Positions 51,580-64,000 of a stretch of DNA of 64,000 nt are shown here, in pieces. The stretch's first letter is position 1. Each line of letters begins with the position of its first letter. The notes beneath the pieces were generated by a model. The model worked only from the letters and a program-made list of their open reading frames with translations. It was not told where the DNA came from and ran no database searches. Position numbers and translations under genes: made by a program. Source of the stretch: Camelus dromedarius (Eukaryota); assembly GCF_036321535.1 (NCBI RefSeq), contig NC_087437.1, positions 78,866,001 to 78,930,000 of the forward strand, in the 5' to 3' direction.

Positions 51580-53110
51580 AGCTATCATTTATTGAACAGC
51601 TATATATTGATCACTGTTATGTGTCAGAGGCTTTACCAGTCATTTTTTAAACACTGGCAACAGAGACAGATAAGCTTATGAAAGAAGGTAAGCAAATAAT
51701 CAAGATCATCTCAATAGAAATAAGTCCTAAGAGAGAGTAGATGGATATAATAAAGGGCAATGATGGCGGGTGAAAAGAAGTAGGAATCTTCAATAGAGTA
51801 GTCTGTTAATTCCTACTAAGGAGAGGAGACTGAGCTAGTATCTGAATGTTCAAAAGAGGTCAGGCTTGTGAAGACCTGAAGAAGGTTCATGCCTGACAAA
51901 GACAGTAAACACAAATAATGTGATGTAAAGTTGGAGACATAGGAAAGGCATGAACCATAAGCCTTAAGTGGAGTTTGTGAGGGGTTTCTATTTTACCCCA
52001 GGTTAAGTATAAAGTTATTAGAGATTTTGAATACAAAATGATCATTCTTGTTTCTCTGCAATTAAAAAAAAGTTATAAAAGCATCATTTCAAGCTTGACT
52101 GATGAATGTGTTATCCTACCTCACTGTCCTTCTCTCTGTTTCTGAATATGATATAGAGATAAATAGAAATTCCAGGGCAGAGTCTTGAAACCTGCCAATA
52201 TTTAGAATTTGATCATATGCAAAAAAAGAAAAATAATGGAGAATGAGAAGGAGAACTTTGCAATAGGAAGAAAACCAGAGTAGTATGTAGTTATGCTAAC
52301 TATGACCCACAAATACCTCAAAAAATAGGGAGTGGTCGACTGTGTGTTCTGCTGCTTAGAGGTAGGGTTAGATACAGATCAAAAATGGAGCATTTGGAGA
52401 AGATAAAATGTGAAGATTAGAGACTACGAGAAAGTTGAGATATTGACTGTATATAGCTTGATTTCTTTTTTGGATGTTTTGCTTGTAAGGGGATGATACA
52501 ATTTTCAAAGTAAGAATATGGTCAGGAGAGATCCTTTTAGTTGGCTTATAAATAGGCAAGACCTAAAAATGAAATACATCGTATGCTGGTGGGAATGACT
52601 CTGAAGACCTAAAAATTGATGGTATAGAAAAGAAACAATGTAATTGCCATAACCAGTATATTGAGTGTTCTAGAAGAAATAGAATCTAGAAATCAAATAA
52701 ATTGAAACTTGGAGCAAAGTCACAGGAGCAAAGGAAAAATGCTGAGGTACAAATATAGGTTGTCAACTGGTTTGGTTGTGAGCTGACAAGGTCTTTTCTT
52801 CAATTTCCTAAATTTTTTTCAGTGAAATAAAAGGCAGATTCATTAATTGAGAGAATTAATGGAGGACTGGAAATTTGGTAAGGAGTAAGTAGTATGGAAT
52901 AGCCTTCTCAGGGATTGGGCAGGAAAGCCCACCAGGAAAATATTTATGTGGGCTGCTGACAGTGCTGAGTGTTCATATGAGTCAGGATTATGAATTTCAA
53001 AGTGAGACCAGTGAACACTGTTGTGTCATTTTTCTATAGAAATACTGACCTACAAGTGGGGATGTGTAGAGAGTTGAGATTTAAGACCTAGATAACAGAA
53101 GAGATTTGTT
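51580..53110 (-). mobile_element. Long decayed L2 LINE including the RT region
   Basis: 3' tail catttattgaaca; minus strand 52329-52366 translates YL*AAEHTVDHS, the decayed L2 RT motif LDLSAAFDTVDH. Confidence 0.8.
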
Positions 53111-55541
53111 TTCCTTGAAATATGATGTCCTGATGGATATAAAATATTCCCAGTTCCAGAATCCCACATTGGCTGTAATTTACAATTCAATTCCAGTGGT
53201 CTTCCTCTTACAGTTGCACTTTTAACTTTCACAGACAGCATTTAAAAAGAATCTGATAAATTCTACATGTAAGTATTTAGTTAAGTCATTCAAAACATTT
53301 ATGCACCAAGAAACAGCTTAAAGAAGCAAAAAATCCTCAAAAGACCCCAATGTGTAAAAGGCTTCTTTTACTATAAAATTATTTTATTTCTAAGGTTCAT
53401 TAGTTCAACTTTTTATGTATATAATACATGCTTTAATCACTAATATAAGTAACATATAGTGAAAGTCTAATGAAGTTTGACTTTTATTTGTAATATTATA
53501 TACTAAATGGTTAGCATATATAATTAATATGTAAATATATAAATATTATCATTATATATACCCTAGAGCTTCAATGCCTATCAGATGCACATGCTACTAT
53601 ATATTGTACATGAGTCTATCACTCCAAGCAACAAAAAAGAAAGAAACATGTTTTTTAATGTGTGGTCTTCTCAAAGATAACATTTTGCTTTTTACTAGAC
53701 TTTTATTTGAATTTTTAAAAATTTTGAAATAGAACATATGTCTGAAGTTACTGTTTTCACCAATAATGAATTTTAGAAATTTTGGGTAAGAATTATGACC
53801 CCATAATGAAATACACCATACAGGGATGTTACTTTAGATAACTTTTCCAATATCCCTGTTTATCTTGAAGGTTTGCTTACCCTGATAATTTTCAGAGTTC
53901 CAGGTTCTTTTTTTTCCTACTTTTTTCAGACCATTGAATGTATAATATTATTACTTTCTTGTTTGATAAATAGGTCTTGTATTACAACTCTAGTCTTTTA
54001 CAGGTTGGTACTACTATTTGAGCTGTGATGTCATCTCTGTATTTTTATATTTTGAATGACTTATTTAGAACCTTGTTTTAGCACTGTGTGTAAAGAATTA
54101 TTTATATCAAGGGGATGTGCTCTGTTCTTTGTTTATTTAGTCCCAGCCATAAATATCATTTTTTATTATAAACACTTGATAATCCTTAGCTTTACTGTAT
54201 TTGATTAGCAGTCTCTGATATGTCTGACTATAAATCTTCATTGAACACATTCTAGATCAGACCTGAGTTTGATTACTTTATGCCAGTAGGATAGGTAATA
54301 TTTTAGTGGTGATAAGCCAAACATTAGAGTCCTTACATGATTAGTTTTGTTTTTTTTTAATTTTTTTGCCTAAAATCACTGGCTTCTAAGGAGGTTAGTA
54401 ATGTTGGGTCACGTTGTCAGATATGCCTGGATATCCCAACTGAAAATCGATCTGAAATATATTGAAAGCGTCTCATTCAAGACAACTCTCAAAGATCAGT
54501 CAATCACTTGTCAATGCCAAATCAATGAAACTGTTACATGCAAAATCTGAAAAGCTGAATGTTCCCTCTGGGAAGATAGCAGTGAATGGATTCCTGACAT
54601 CTTTTTTGTTGTTGTTGTTGTTCTCAAGGTCAGCTCTGAAAATATTTCTTCCTCTTTGGTTCCAGGATTTGTGTATGGTTTATAAGATTGCATAACAATG
54701 TCTCATCCATTTTTATCTTGATGTGTCAGTAACGCAATCAAGTAAAAGAAAAAGACAGATTTTTTGATTAAACATTTTTACCACAGTTCAACTCCAATTG
54801 CTCTTGACAAAAAATTAAATAAAATAAAACTAGTGTTCATGTGTAACCTTTTCATATACTAGCAAGATTTTCTCCTATTGGTAATGCTATGCTTATAAAT
54901 CTTTTGACTGTGATGCATGCAGACTTACAATATCTCTCTTCAAGTTGCTATCCCCATCATTTAGTGACAAAATTTTCTGTTCCTCATTAAAATACTTACA
55001 GGAAATTTCAGTTTACGAACGAAGATGAAGAGAAACCTGTATTGATTTTGTTTCATAATAGAAAATTATTTTTAAAAAGTGATAGAGGTAAATAACAATA
55101 AATCCAGTTTTTAGATAGCCATTTTCACAACTCCTTATTGTATATTATTTTCATCGCTTGTGTAAAATCAGGATATTCAGAGATTAATTCATCCTACCTT
55201 TTGCAAGTAACATAATTCAAAACAAAAGAAGCAGTGATCATTTCAAATGATAGAAATGTAAACAAATACAAATGACATAAATATGTTTTTACTGAAAGAT
55301 ACTGACACAGTTCTTAAAATTTATGCACATAATTTAAAAATATAACAAATATAAAAATATGGAACTCTGTTAAAATCACAATTAGCCATTGTTTTCAAAT
55401 GTATGAAGCAAATTATTCAAACTTCTATTAATAATTTTTCCTCTGCATTTACAAAATTGTCAAAGGGCTATTTAATTACATCACCAGGGACATCAGTGAC
55501 TTGCAGAACACTCTTTAAGAAATACTGTTATTAGCATTTTA

Positions 55542-55726
55542 CAGTGTTTCTCAAACTTTAAGAATCACTTGTGCTGCTTATTAAAATGTCATCCCCCAGA
55601 GATTTGGATTCTCCATAGTTCTCAATTGGCACCCAGAAATTTACTATTTTATTTTTTTAATTTACTAGCATGTACCAAGGTGATTCTGATGCAAATTTTT
55701 TAAAATTCATACTTGGATAAATACCT
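55542..55726. mobile_element. MER5-family hAT-Charlie element
   Basis: cagtgtttctcaaacttt...agaatcact...ggtgattctgatgca...ttggataaatacctg. Confidence 0.75.
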
Positions 55727-55729
55727 GCA

Positions 55730-55960
55730 AAGCAGTTAGAAGCAAAGAGTTTGGGATCAGACAACTCTGGATAGACATTTCTACTCTTTGGGCTTTGAGT
55801 AAATTATTTATTCTTATGGTTGTAAGTCTCCTTGACTGTAAAATGGGAGTAATATTTTTGTGTGTATTCTTTATGCTTTGGGGGGGTAATTAAAATAATG
55901 TGTTTCAAAAATTTTGCTCAGTGCCTGGCACTTAGAAATTGCACAGTAAATGTTAAGCAA
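55730..55960 (+). mobile_element. MIR SINE
   Basis: ctgtaaaatgggagtaata...cagtgcctggcacttag...cagtaaatgttaagc. Confidence 0.8.
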
Positions 55961-56039
55961 TCACAGTTTTTGTAACTTTTTTCTCATAGTCTAAACTGGG
56001 ATCTAATGACTCAGTATAGGCTAACGAGTGATTAGTAGA

Positions 56040-56800
56040 ACCCATTCTATTTCTTAAAAGCTTTTCTTTCTTTTGATTTTTCTATGAACTCTGTGACTTC
56101 TCCTTCTCAGATTTCTTTGTAGGTTGTTTTATTGACCCATTCCATTATGTTTTTTCATCACTCTTCTTTATAACTTATCTTTACCTTCTAACGTTCTCCC
56201 TGAGTGATCTCATTTCAGTGACTACAAAACTTCAGCTTAGGCCTTCACATCTTTCCTCTGTCTACGTCTGGCTACTTACTATGTTTGGTTAGTAGTTCCC
56301 AAATTGATTCAAAATAATTATGTACGATTAGTTCATCAGTTTCTCTCTCCAAATTAACGAGTGTCCCCTAACTTCTCCTCCTGCTTGTAAAAATTTGATT
56401 TTATAGCATCCACCTTTGGCTTTTTTCTCTCCCCTTTTTTCTACATCTCACCTACCTCCAAAATATCTGTCAAATATTTCTACTTATCTACCACTCCAAT
56501 GGTATTCCCTGAATTCAAGCAGTCAGCCACTGCACTTAATTTTCCTTTTATTCATTCTGTGCAAAGTAGCAGAATCATCTTACTAAAACTCATGTCTGAT
56601 GCTGTCTGTCATTTTTTTGCTTTAAAAAGTTTTGTTCCTATGTTTTCTTTCCTGAAATGTCTACTAAGATCTTCTGACCCAAGCTCTATCTAGCTTTAAC
56701 TATGCACATGACTCCCTTTAAAATTCAAGCAGCATTTGTAACACACTCCTTCTTCTCTTTACCTAATTAATTCTTTTTTGTAACTTTGTCTGGCACATCA
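56040..56800 (+). mobile_element. Decayed L2 LINE
   Basis: ttctccctgagtgatctcatt, cattctgtgcaaagtagcagaatcatcttactaaaac. Confidence 0.6.
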
Positions 56801-57004
56801 CAACCTTTTAAAATGGTGGTAGACAAAGGAAATAAATGCTTTGCCAAATGGACCTTTTCATATAATCTTCAATAGTGATTTAAACTCTTAAGGCTGTTGA
56901 ACTTTCATTTCTAGTTTAATAGTCCTAATTCATAGAGAATGAAAATACTAAAGCATCTTTTAGATTGAGTTAAAACCTTATCTTATAATCTTTTATAAGT
57001 GTAA

Positions 57005-57207
57005 TAGAGCTTCTCAACTCCTGTGCCATAGCATGCTCATGTGCTGAGTGGAGTACAGAGCTACTGAGTTATTTGTTCCTACAGTCTTTGCAATAACAGG
57101 GTGGGCTGTGAGGTAACTGGAACCCATGGGCCTTTCTTCTCACCATGAACAGTCTCACCCATTTCCCCAGGTGTGCCATGATAAATAAGAGATCGGAGAG
57201 CGTACTG
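57005..57207 (-). mobile_element. MER112-like hAT-Charlie element
   Basis: agagcttctcaactcctgtgccatagca...ttccccaggtgtgccat...ggagagcgtactg is colinear with recalled MER112 in antisense. Confidence 0.7.
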
Positions 57208-60200
57208 CTACTCTGATTATTCCTTCAAACCCATGACTTTCACTATTAGAACAGCTCACAAAGAATTGGATATTACCTTATAAATGTCTTTAACTTAAAC
57301 ATTGGGAGGACTAGGTTCTAAATTTGGTTCTTTTATTAACCTGGACAGGCATGAAAATTTTACAAATCCATGAGCCTAATTGTCTTCATTAGAAGACAAA
57401 ATGGATGAACTAGAGTTTCTAAGACCACTTATATTTCTAAAAATATATGATCGTATTCCTTACATTGCATGGCAGTCCTTACAATTTTATTTATGTATTA
57501 CAAAATATTAAATGAAAATGACAAAATTATGTACGTTATTATCGTGTATTAACTTTATAGAAATAGCAAATTATACAAGAAAGGAAAGGAGAAAAACAAT
57601 GTATGTCAGGTATTAACAGTGATAGTATAAAAAAGAAAGCCTTGCATTCAATGAAGGTTATACAGATGTAATATAATAAATCAAATGTCTTTTATGAAAC
57701 TAAAAAAAAAAAAGAATAGAAACATAGGCTGCCCCTTAAAGAGACAAGAGCCTAGTAATATTCTCAGTGCTTTTATACATGTTCCAACCTTTTTTTATCC
57801 ACATATTCTGATCTTCCCTCACTGTGGTAAAACATCTGTGGATCTTAAACGTGTAGCTAATTAGTTATAAAATGTAAGTGGAAGAGCCTTGAAAGGAGCC
57901 GTATATATTGTCCAGAAGACTTAGCCTATAGTTCAAAGCTTTAATTTTCATTCTGCAATGGACTTCATAATATAGGAACCTATTGAAATAACTTCATTTT
58001 TTCCTGTCATGAGTTTCATGAAAGAAACTGCAAAATAAAAATTCTAACATGAATCAAAAAATTAATAAAATAACTAAAAGAGAACAATTTGGTTTTTAAA
58101 TTGACTTTATCAATAAAATTTAAAATAAATAGCTGTAGAAGGAATAAATTATTACTGTCACACAATTTATAAAAAAATTCCAAGTAAAACACTACAATAT
58201 TTGAACTGGAATAAAACAAACATATTAAATTGATAAAAGGTATGCTTCCTAATGAGCTTGAAGAAGAGTTTCTAAGTACATAAATGAATTGCTGGCACTG
58301 TTTGCTAATTTTTGTGTGTGTGTTAAGGAAAGTAGCTTAGATACTTGATTTTGAAAGCCAGAAGAGTTTGCCAGCTTGTCTTGCCCCCAAAATTCAACTA
58401 AACAAACCGTAAGAGCATGATTTCTATCTGAAGATGAGTTTTTATTTATTCCTTATGTTTGTCTTTTATTTATTGATTTAATCTATGTAAATCAAATCAT
58501 TGCCTAAGGGCTCCAGAGCTGCTGCACACAGTGGAAATTCAACATTCAACCTGAAGTCAATTCTCAATTATTCAGTGGCTGGTTCCCTAGTCCAGTTCAA
58601 GGACAATTCACGTCTCTGGCTGTGTCTCCTTCCTCTGAGTGCTTGCATTTTGGCTGTTTTGCTTATTGTGATTTTTCTCCCTCAGGATCAATAGTGATGG
58701 AGTACCAGGTACATTACTCTGAAAACCTCACCTTCAAATTTTAAGTGTCTAACTTTTAACCACATCAGTATTTTGGTTAAAGATTTTTACCTTGGATGTC
58801 ACATGCTTTCTCTGTCTCAATTGTTAACCAATTTATAGCTTCATGCAAATCAGCCACATGCCTTGATACAAGAACCAGATTGCTGCATTTAAAACTCCTG
58901 TGCTTGCTTTAGAATTGGTACTGTAGACTCAACAATTCCTTTCTTCTGGAAAATGCGACTTTCAGTGAATATTTTAGGATTGTTCTTTATGACCCTTCCT
59001 ATATATTATTTTGCCATCATCCATCAATGAGATAAATAGAAGTTAAAATTCTAGTATAATCCCAATCTACTGTTTTTATCAAATATTTATTTATTGGATG
59101 TTTTTGAATTGCCTGAAAATGGTGAATATTTCACAGTAGATATTAAACATATTTCCTGTCTTCAAAAAGATATATTATTTTTTATGAAGTTGAATTTTTA
59201 AAAGGTCTCTTGAAATCTAGTAGAATGTCAAGTTCTGAAAGAATGAAGAAGCCTATAGGAAATCTATTAATCAAGCTTTTGTTAATCATTTTTATCATCT
59301 TGACTCTGCTCTACCGCTTTCTTCAGTCTAAAATTGTTTTTCCATTCTACCTCAATTTGCCACATCCCATGTTTCTATCAGGCTTCACAACCCACAATGT
59401 ATGTGACAGTTTACCCCACCATTTCAAATACTAAAAAAATCCAGATCCAGATTCTGTTTATATAATGGATAAAGGCCAGAGAATTTTATTTTATTTCAAG
59501 AAGGACTTGGGCCTAGAATTCTTTCCTGATCTTGAAATTTAACTCTTGGTAATTCATAGGCATAATATGAAAACAACCACATCAAGCTTCCATTCAGACA
59601 AATCTGTAACCACGTGTTTTATATACTTGGCATTTTCAAGACCATGGCTACCTTATTATAATTTTTCAGATGAATTTATAAATTTGGTATTATGGGTTTA
59701 ACTCAAAGACAGGATACCTTCCTAATTAAAATGTAAACAAAATCAAAACCAAAAAAACCAAAAAAACCCAATGCCAGACCCATCCATCTCTCTGCAAGGA
59801 GGCAGAATATGTACTCCCGTCATGCTTTATAAAGATGCTCATTGTTCAAGTATTCAATCCCTACCATTGTTCAGTGGAGACACAAGTGTGTTTGTTGTTG
59901 CATCTCTTGTTATGCAGGCTCTCTAAATAATCTCTGCACCATTAATGACAGCTACTACTAAACAAACATGGTAATTATTTTTGTTGTATGCTTAGCCCTA
60001 TGATTACTTAAGGGCACAACATAAAAGGTAATTAAAGAACTAGCATGAATAAAGAGCAGTGTAGGTGTGCTCAGAATTAAGAAAAACAATTATCAGAAGA
60101 TAGCACTTGGCAGAGCAAAAATGAAATTCAGTCGACTTAGTCAACTGATGAAGCTTCATCTACATGCATTAAAACTTCAACTATTTTTTACTATTTTACT

Positions 60201-62967
60201 AATAAAATGATTTTGTAACATTATTACTACTATTATTGTTTTAAATTTCGGTTGACCGTCACTTAACTTCTCACATAAAGAGACATTCTAATCAGTTTAT
60301 TGAACAAGCATTATAGTGAATTGTTCAGACCAATATGAAAACTGTAAATATCTAAGGAGTGCAATAAAAACTCATACTAACATGAATGATAGGGTTATAT
60401 GTAAAAAATGGTGTCATATGATTTAAAGTGAGGAAAAAGAATTAATTTCAAAAATCAATTTAATTTCATCTACTGAAAGGACTGGTCTTATTGAGTTTTT
60501 ACATAAAAACATCCTGTAAGAAAAGGTATAAATATTTTATGATATAATATTCTACAGGGGAATTGGATAAAAGTAGGTTTCAGATTCTACTAGATTCTGA
60601 AGAATATTACATTGAGTTAATGCTATTTGGTTTCTGTTTATATGAAACACATTTCATGGAAATCCTAAATTGAAAACATTGTAATCAATTGTACTTTCTA
60701 AACCTTAGTTGACAGCTTACAATACATTATTTTTACCTATAAATGAAATGTAGGGCATAAATTATAACCAAAAATCTTCCTTTTAATTAAAGCCTTAACA
60801 GAGTGATGAAGAGGGCTCAGAACAGCATTTCTTTTGAGGTCAGATTTGTTGAGGAAGGTACCATCTTTATATAACATTAGAACATTTTCAAGTACTGGAA
60901 ATGGATGATAAATATTCCTGTTTGTCAAGGGATTCAGCTTTATTTTTTTTACAATGTTCCCAAGCAGGGAGCCTTATATTTGTAGCATTTTTATTAATTT
61001 CATCATCAGCCCTTAATTTGATTCCCAATTATGAACTCACATTGTCAAGAGGCAATAACAAGTTATAATGAATGACTTACAGTAGAACTGGGAATTTCCC
61101 CATGAAGAAGCTGATACAGCTAGGTAAGATAGGGAAATAATGAATGGTTTAAGATTGATTAGATCCTCAGTGGGAAGAAGGATGAGGACACTCAGCTCAG
61201 TGACTAAATGAAGACCACAAAATATTGATTCAAGAATAATTTAACACAATAATGGCATAATGCCTATTAACAGAAGTTAAATAACTTCTCAATTTCTAGT
61301 ATTTTTTTTCTATAAATGTGAAATCATAAAATTTTGCATATGTTTAACTAGGGAGTTTGTAAACTCTGTGTGTATGAAAATTAAATCCAGGGCAGATCTG
61401 TGATTTGTTGACTCTATTTGAGTAAGAATCAAGTGATCACCCACTGTGTGTTCAGTGTCCATTTAGCATTATGTAAGAAGTTTAGGGATATAACATTTTT
61501 TAAAATATTATTTCTAGTCCCGAAGATGAGGGAAAAATGATCAACTTAATGTTAGTTTTGGTCCTGGTAAATGCAATTAATTATGATTGTTTGCCTTATA
61601 ATATGTAATCATCTATGATTGACAAGTGTGAGTTGTTGATCCTGGGGAGAATTGGCAAGGAATGAATTCATTTTTCATTAATACTGAAAACCTTTTATAT
61701 AGAAATAATTTTACACAAACCAAAACATAAATATATACTGTGTGTATTTTGCAGAATTTATAACCCTAATATAGTGCCTGTGAATCCATTGTGAAGTTTT
61801 TGGTTATTTTCTGGTTTTTTTTTTTTTTATGTTTGTTTTGTTTTGTTTTTAAATCAAGAAATAGTATTGTCCAAGCAAATATTTTAATGATTTTTTGTTT
61901 TGTTTCACTTTTTTTTTTGTTCTCCTATCATTTCTCCAAAATCAATTTATTAATTTACTGAATACTGATTTACAAAGTTACTAATACTAAATGATGATAA
62001 TTAAAGTAATACTATTCTGGGAAATGTATATATTGAAAAATGATTGTCTTTTTATTTTACTTTATTTTTCCTAGGTTAAATAAATTTGAAAGACTAACAC
62101 TATATTTACTTATGGATACATTGAAGAACTTGGAGCATTGTTGAGTAAAAAAACATCATTTTAACTTTATTCAGTTTAGTATTTTCCAAATTTATATTAG
62201 CAAGGTAATTTGTTGAGACATCATGAATGACAATATTTTTAGACACATCATTTTGATAAAAAGTGAGTAAAATAATAAGTTTTGCATCATGAAACAGGAT
62301 CACATAGTTTATGATTCAAGAATGATAGAGAAGTTTCTGGCATGCATCATAAGAGTCAAGGAGAAAAAAAAATTCCCACATATGCAAGATTGGAAGAGAT
62401 ACTAAAATGCATGAATGCAAATGAGATATTAAAACCCTAGTTAACAACCCTAGTGAGGCAACCTCCTTCTAAAAATGAAAAAAAAAAAATCAGGAAATAA
62501 GGCAAATTCAACTCAATGTATCAAACATATTGAGCATCTTTGTACAAAATATTTTGCCGGTTGTTGCTGGCATTCTAAAATGAGTTTTTAAAGATATGCT
62601 TCCCATCCTTAAAGAATTTTGAACCTAGTGTAATAGAGTGATATGGAAGATAATACATAAATAAACAATTAAATGTTTGGTACAATGTGAAGCTCATAAG
62701 AATTAAGAAAATACTTTGGGGATCCAAGCAGTAAGAGAGATTATATGAGGAGAAAATGCATGGTAAATTGGCAAACGAGAATAACATTTTAATAAATGAA
62801 GGTGAACACTATTTTAGAACAGTTTTACAGGCAATACTGGGTAGCATACAAGACTGGAATAAAATATTTGCATTATTTTTCAAAAGAAATAAATCAAATA
62901 GGAAGAAGCCATGCAATTTAATATTACTGGTCATATTAACTGAAAAAATGTAGTGTAATCCTTGATT

Positions 62968-63110
62968 AATGTTTCTAAATACTTAGCACCCAAAAACTTT
63001 TTTAAAAAATTCAAACAGTAGATTCTCTCCTTTGGAGAACTTAATTCAGTAGGCCTAGGGTAAGTCTGGAAGTTTTAATAATTGCTAAAAATATTTTGAT
63101 TTAGACAATG
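62968..63110. mobile_element. Decayed MER5-like fragment
   Basis: aattcagtaggcctagggtaagtctggaa core. Confidence 0.45.
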
Positions 63111-63241
63111 CATGCACCAAATATTTACAACAATTTTTTAAGAATGCGACTCACAAAATATTTATGTTTAAAACATTCAGTAAATAAAGATGTATTTTTT
63201 TCTTTAAAAAGATACGAAGTTTAAGAGCTATGGTAACTTCT

Positions 63242-63376
63242 GGGGAGGATGGTGTAGCTCAGGTGGTAGAGTACATGCTTTAGCATGAGGTCCTGGGTTC
63301 AATCCCCAGTACTGCCTCTAAAAAAATATAAATAAATCTAATTACCTCCCCCGGCTGAAGAAAAAAAAAAAAGAAA
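63242..63376 (+). mobile_element. Camelid tRNA-derived SINE (Vic-1-like)
   Basis: ggggaggatggtgtagctcaggtggtagag (A box), ggttcaatccc (B box), ctaattacctccccc, poly-A; 19-bp TSD aagag(c/t)tatggtaacttct at 63223-63241 and 63377-63395. Confidence 0.96.
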
Positions 63377-64000
63377 AAGAGTTATGGTAACTTCTGAAAG
63401 TACAGTTTTGACAATGAAAAGAAAAATTACCTCAGTGAGTTGGAATTTATGCAGTCATTAGGCCTACACAGATAGTTAATTGATTATCTCTGATTTTTAG
63501 AGCTTATGTATGAAAATAGTTCATAAGAATAAATGCATATACCCTAAGAAGTGACATCATAAAAAGAATAAGGGTAAAGACAGTAAAAAGAAAATAGTTT
63601 GAGCAGTGAGATTCTAGGAGAAAAAGAAAGTCAAATTAGCTAGTTGAGGAAAATGATACAATAATAAAAGAATGTCTTATGTAGAAAGTATAATTCCAAC
63701 CTGAAAAAGAGTTGAAATAAATCCAAATATATTTGAAGAGGTCATGAGACCTCAGAATTGTTTCCGAAGAGACAATGTCTTCCAACCTATACAAATGACA
63801 TACAGGAATCAGCAGTTCACAGGGGACTGAATGAACTAAGGCATCCTTTGTTTCGAATCCTTGCAATTATGTACTGCAGTGGTTCCATGTGACTGGATCT
63901 TGCCAAATTGTCCACAATTTAAAAAAAAAAAAAGTAGTTTGAAGACTACATAATACCTGGCATTACGTTTGAAACTATATTGACAAACTCAAATAAGCAT

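Noticed and set aside
63242..63315. tRNA gene
   Set aside because: The A/B boxes belong to a SINE with a non-tRNA 3' part, poly-A tail and TSD, and the cloverleaf is disrupted.
1..64000. The many 60-135 aa ORFs in the six-frame track as host genes
   Set aside because: They are short, low-complexity and often start at TTG/GTG. Many lie inside decayed repeats, and none resembles a known host protein or has convincing flanking splice sites. Only the L1 ORF1 and ORF2 fragments are recognisable.
1..64000. CRISPR array, operon or other prokaryotic system
   Set aside because: There is no repeat-spacer array and no gene-dense organisation; the sequence is clearly mammalian.

Overview
AT-rich, CpG-poor mammalian genomic DNA, very probably camelid (camel/alpaca/llama), judged from two tRNA-derived Vic-1-type SINEs and the 3' UTR of the young LINE-1 copies. 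I found no convincing protein-coding exon, RNA gene or CpG island, so the window reads as gene desert or the inside of a very large intron. Recognisable content is layered transposon debris. The ancient layer is L2, MIR, CR1/L3, L1M, MaLR (MLT1), ERVL (MER21-like with internal sequence; MER74-like) and DNA transposons (MER20, MER5, MER112, MER104-like). The younger layer is ERV1 solo LTRs, lineage-specific L1 3' ends and SINEs with target-site duplications (TSDs), plus microsatellites. The most unusual object is at 18302-18720: an ERV1/MER41-like LTR lacking U5, polyadenylated, and sitting in a 16-bp TSD at an L1-endonuclease site, i.e. an ERV/LTR transcript retroposed in trans by LINE-1. Also notable are a fold-back of CR1 RT sequence (27472-27658) and an unexplained ~150-bp palindromic element (39988-40140). 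Repeat family names come from recalled consensus sequences, not from a database search, and boundaries of ancient elements are approximate.
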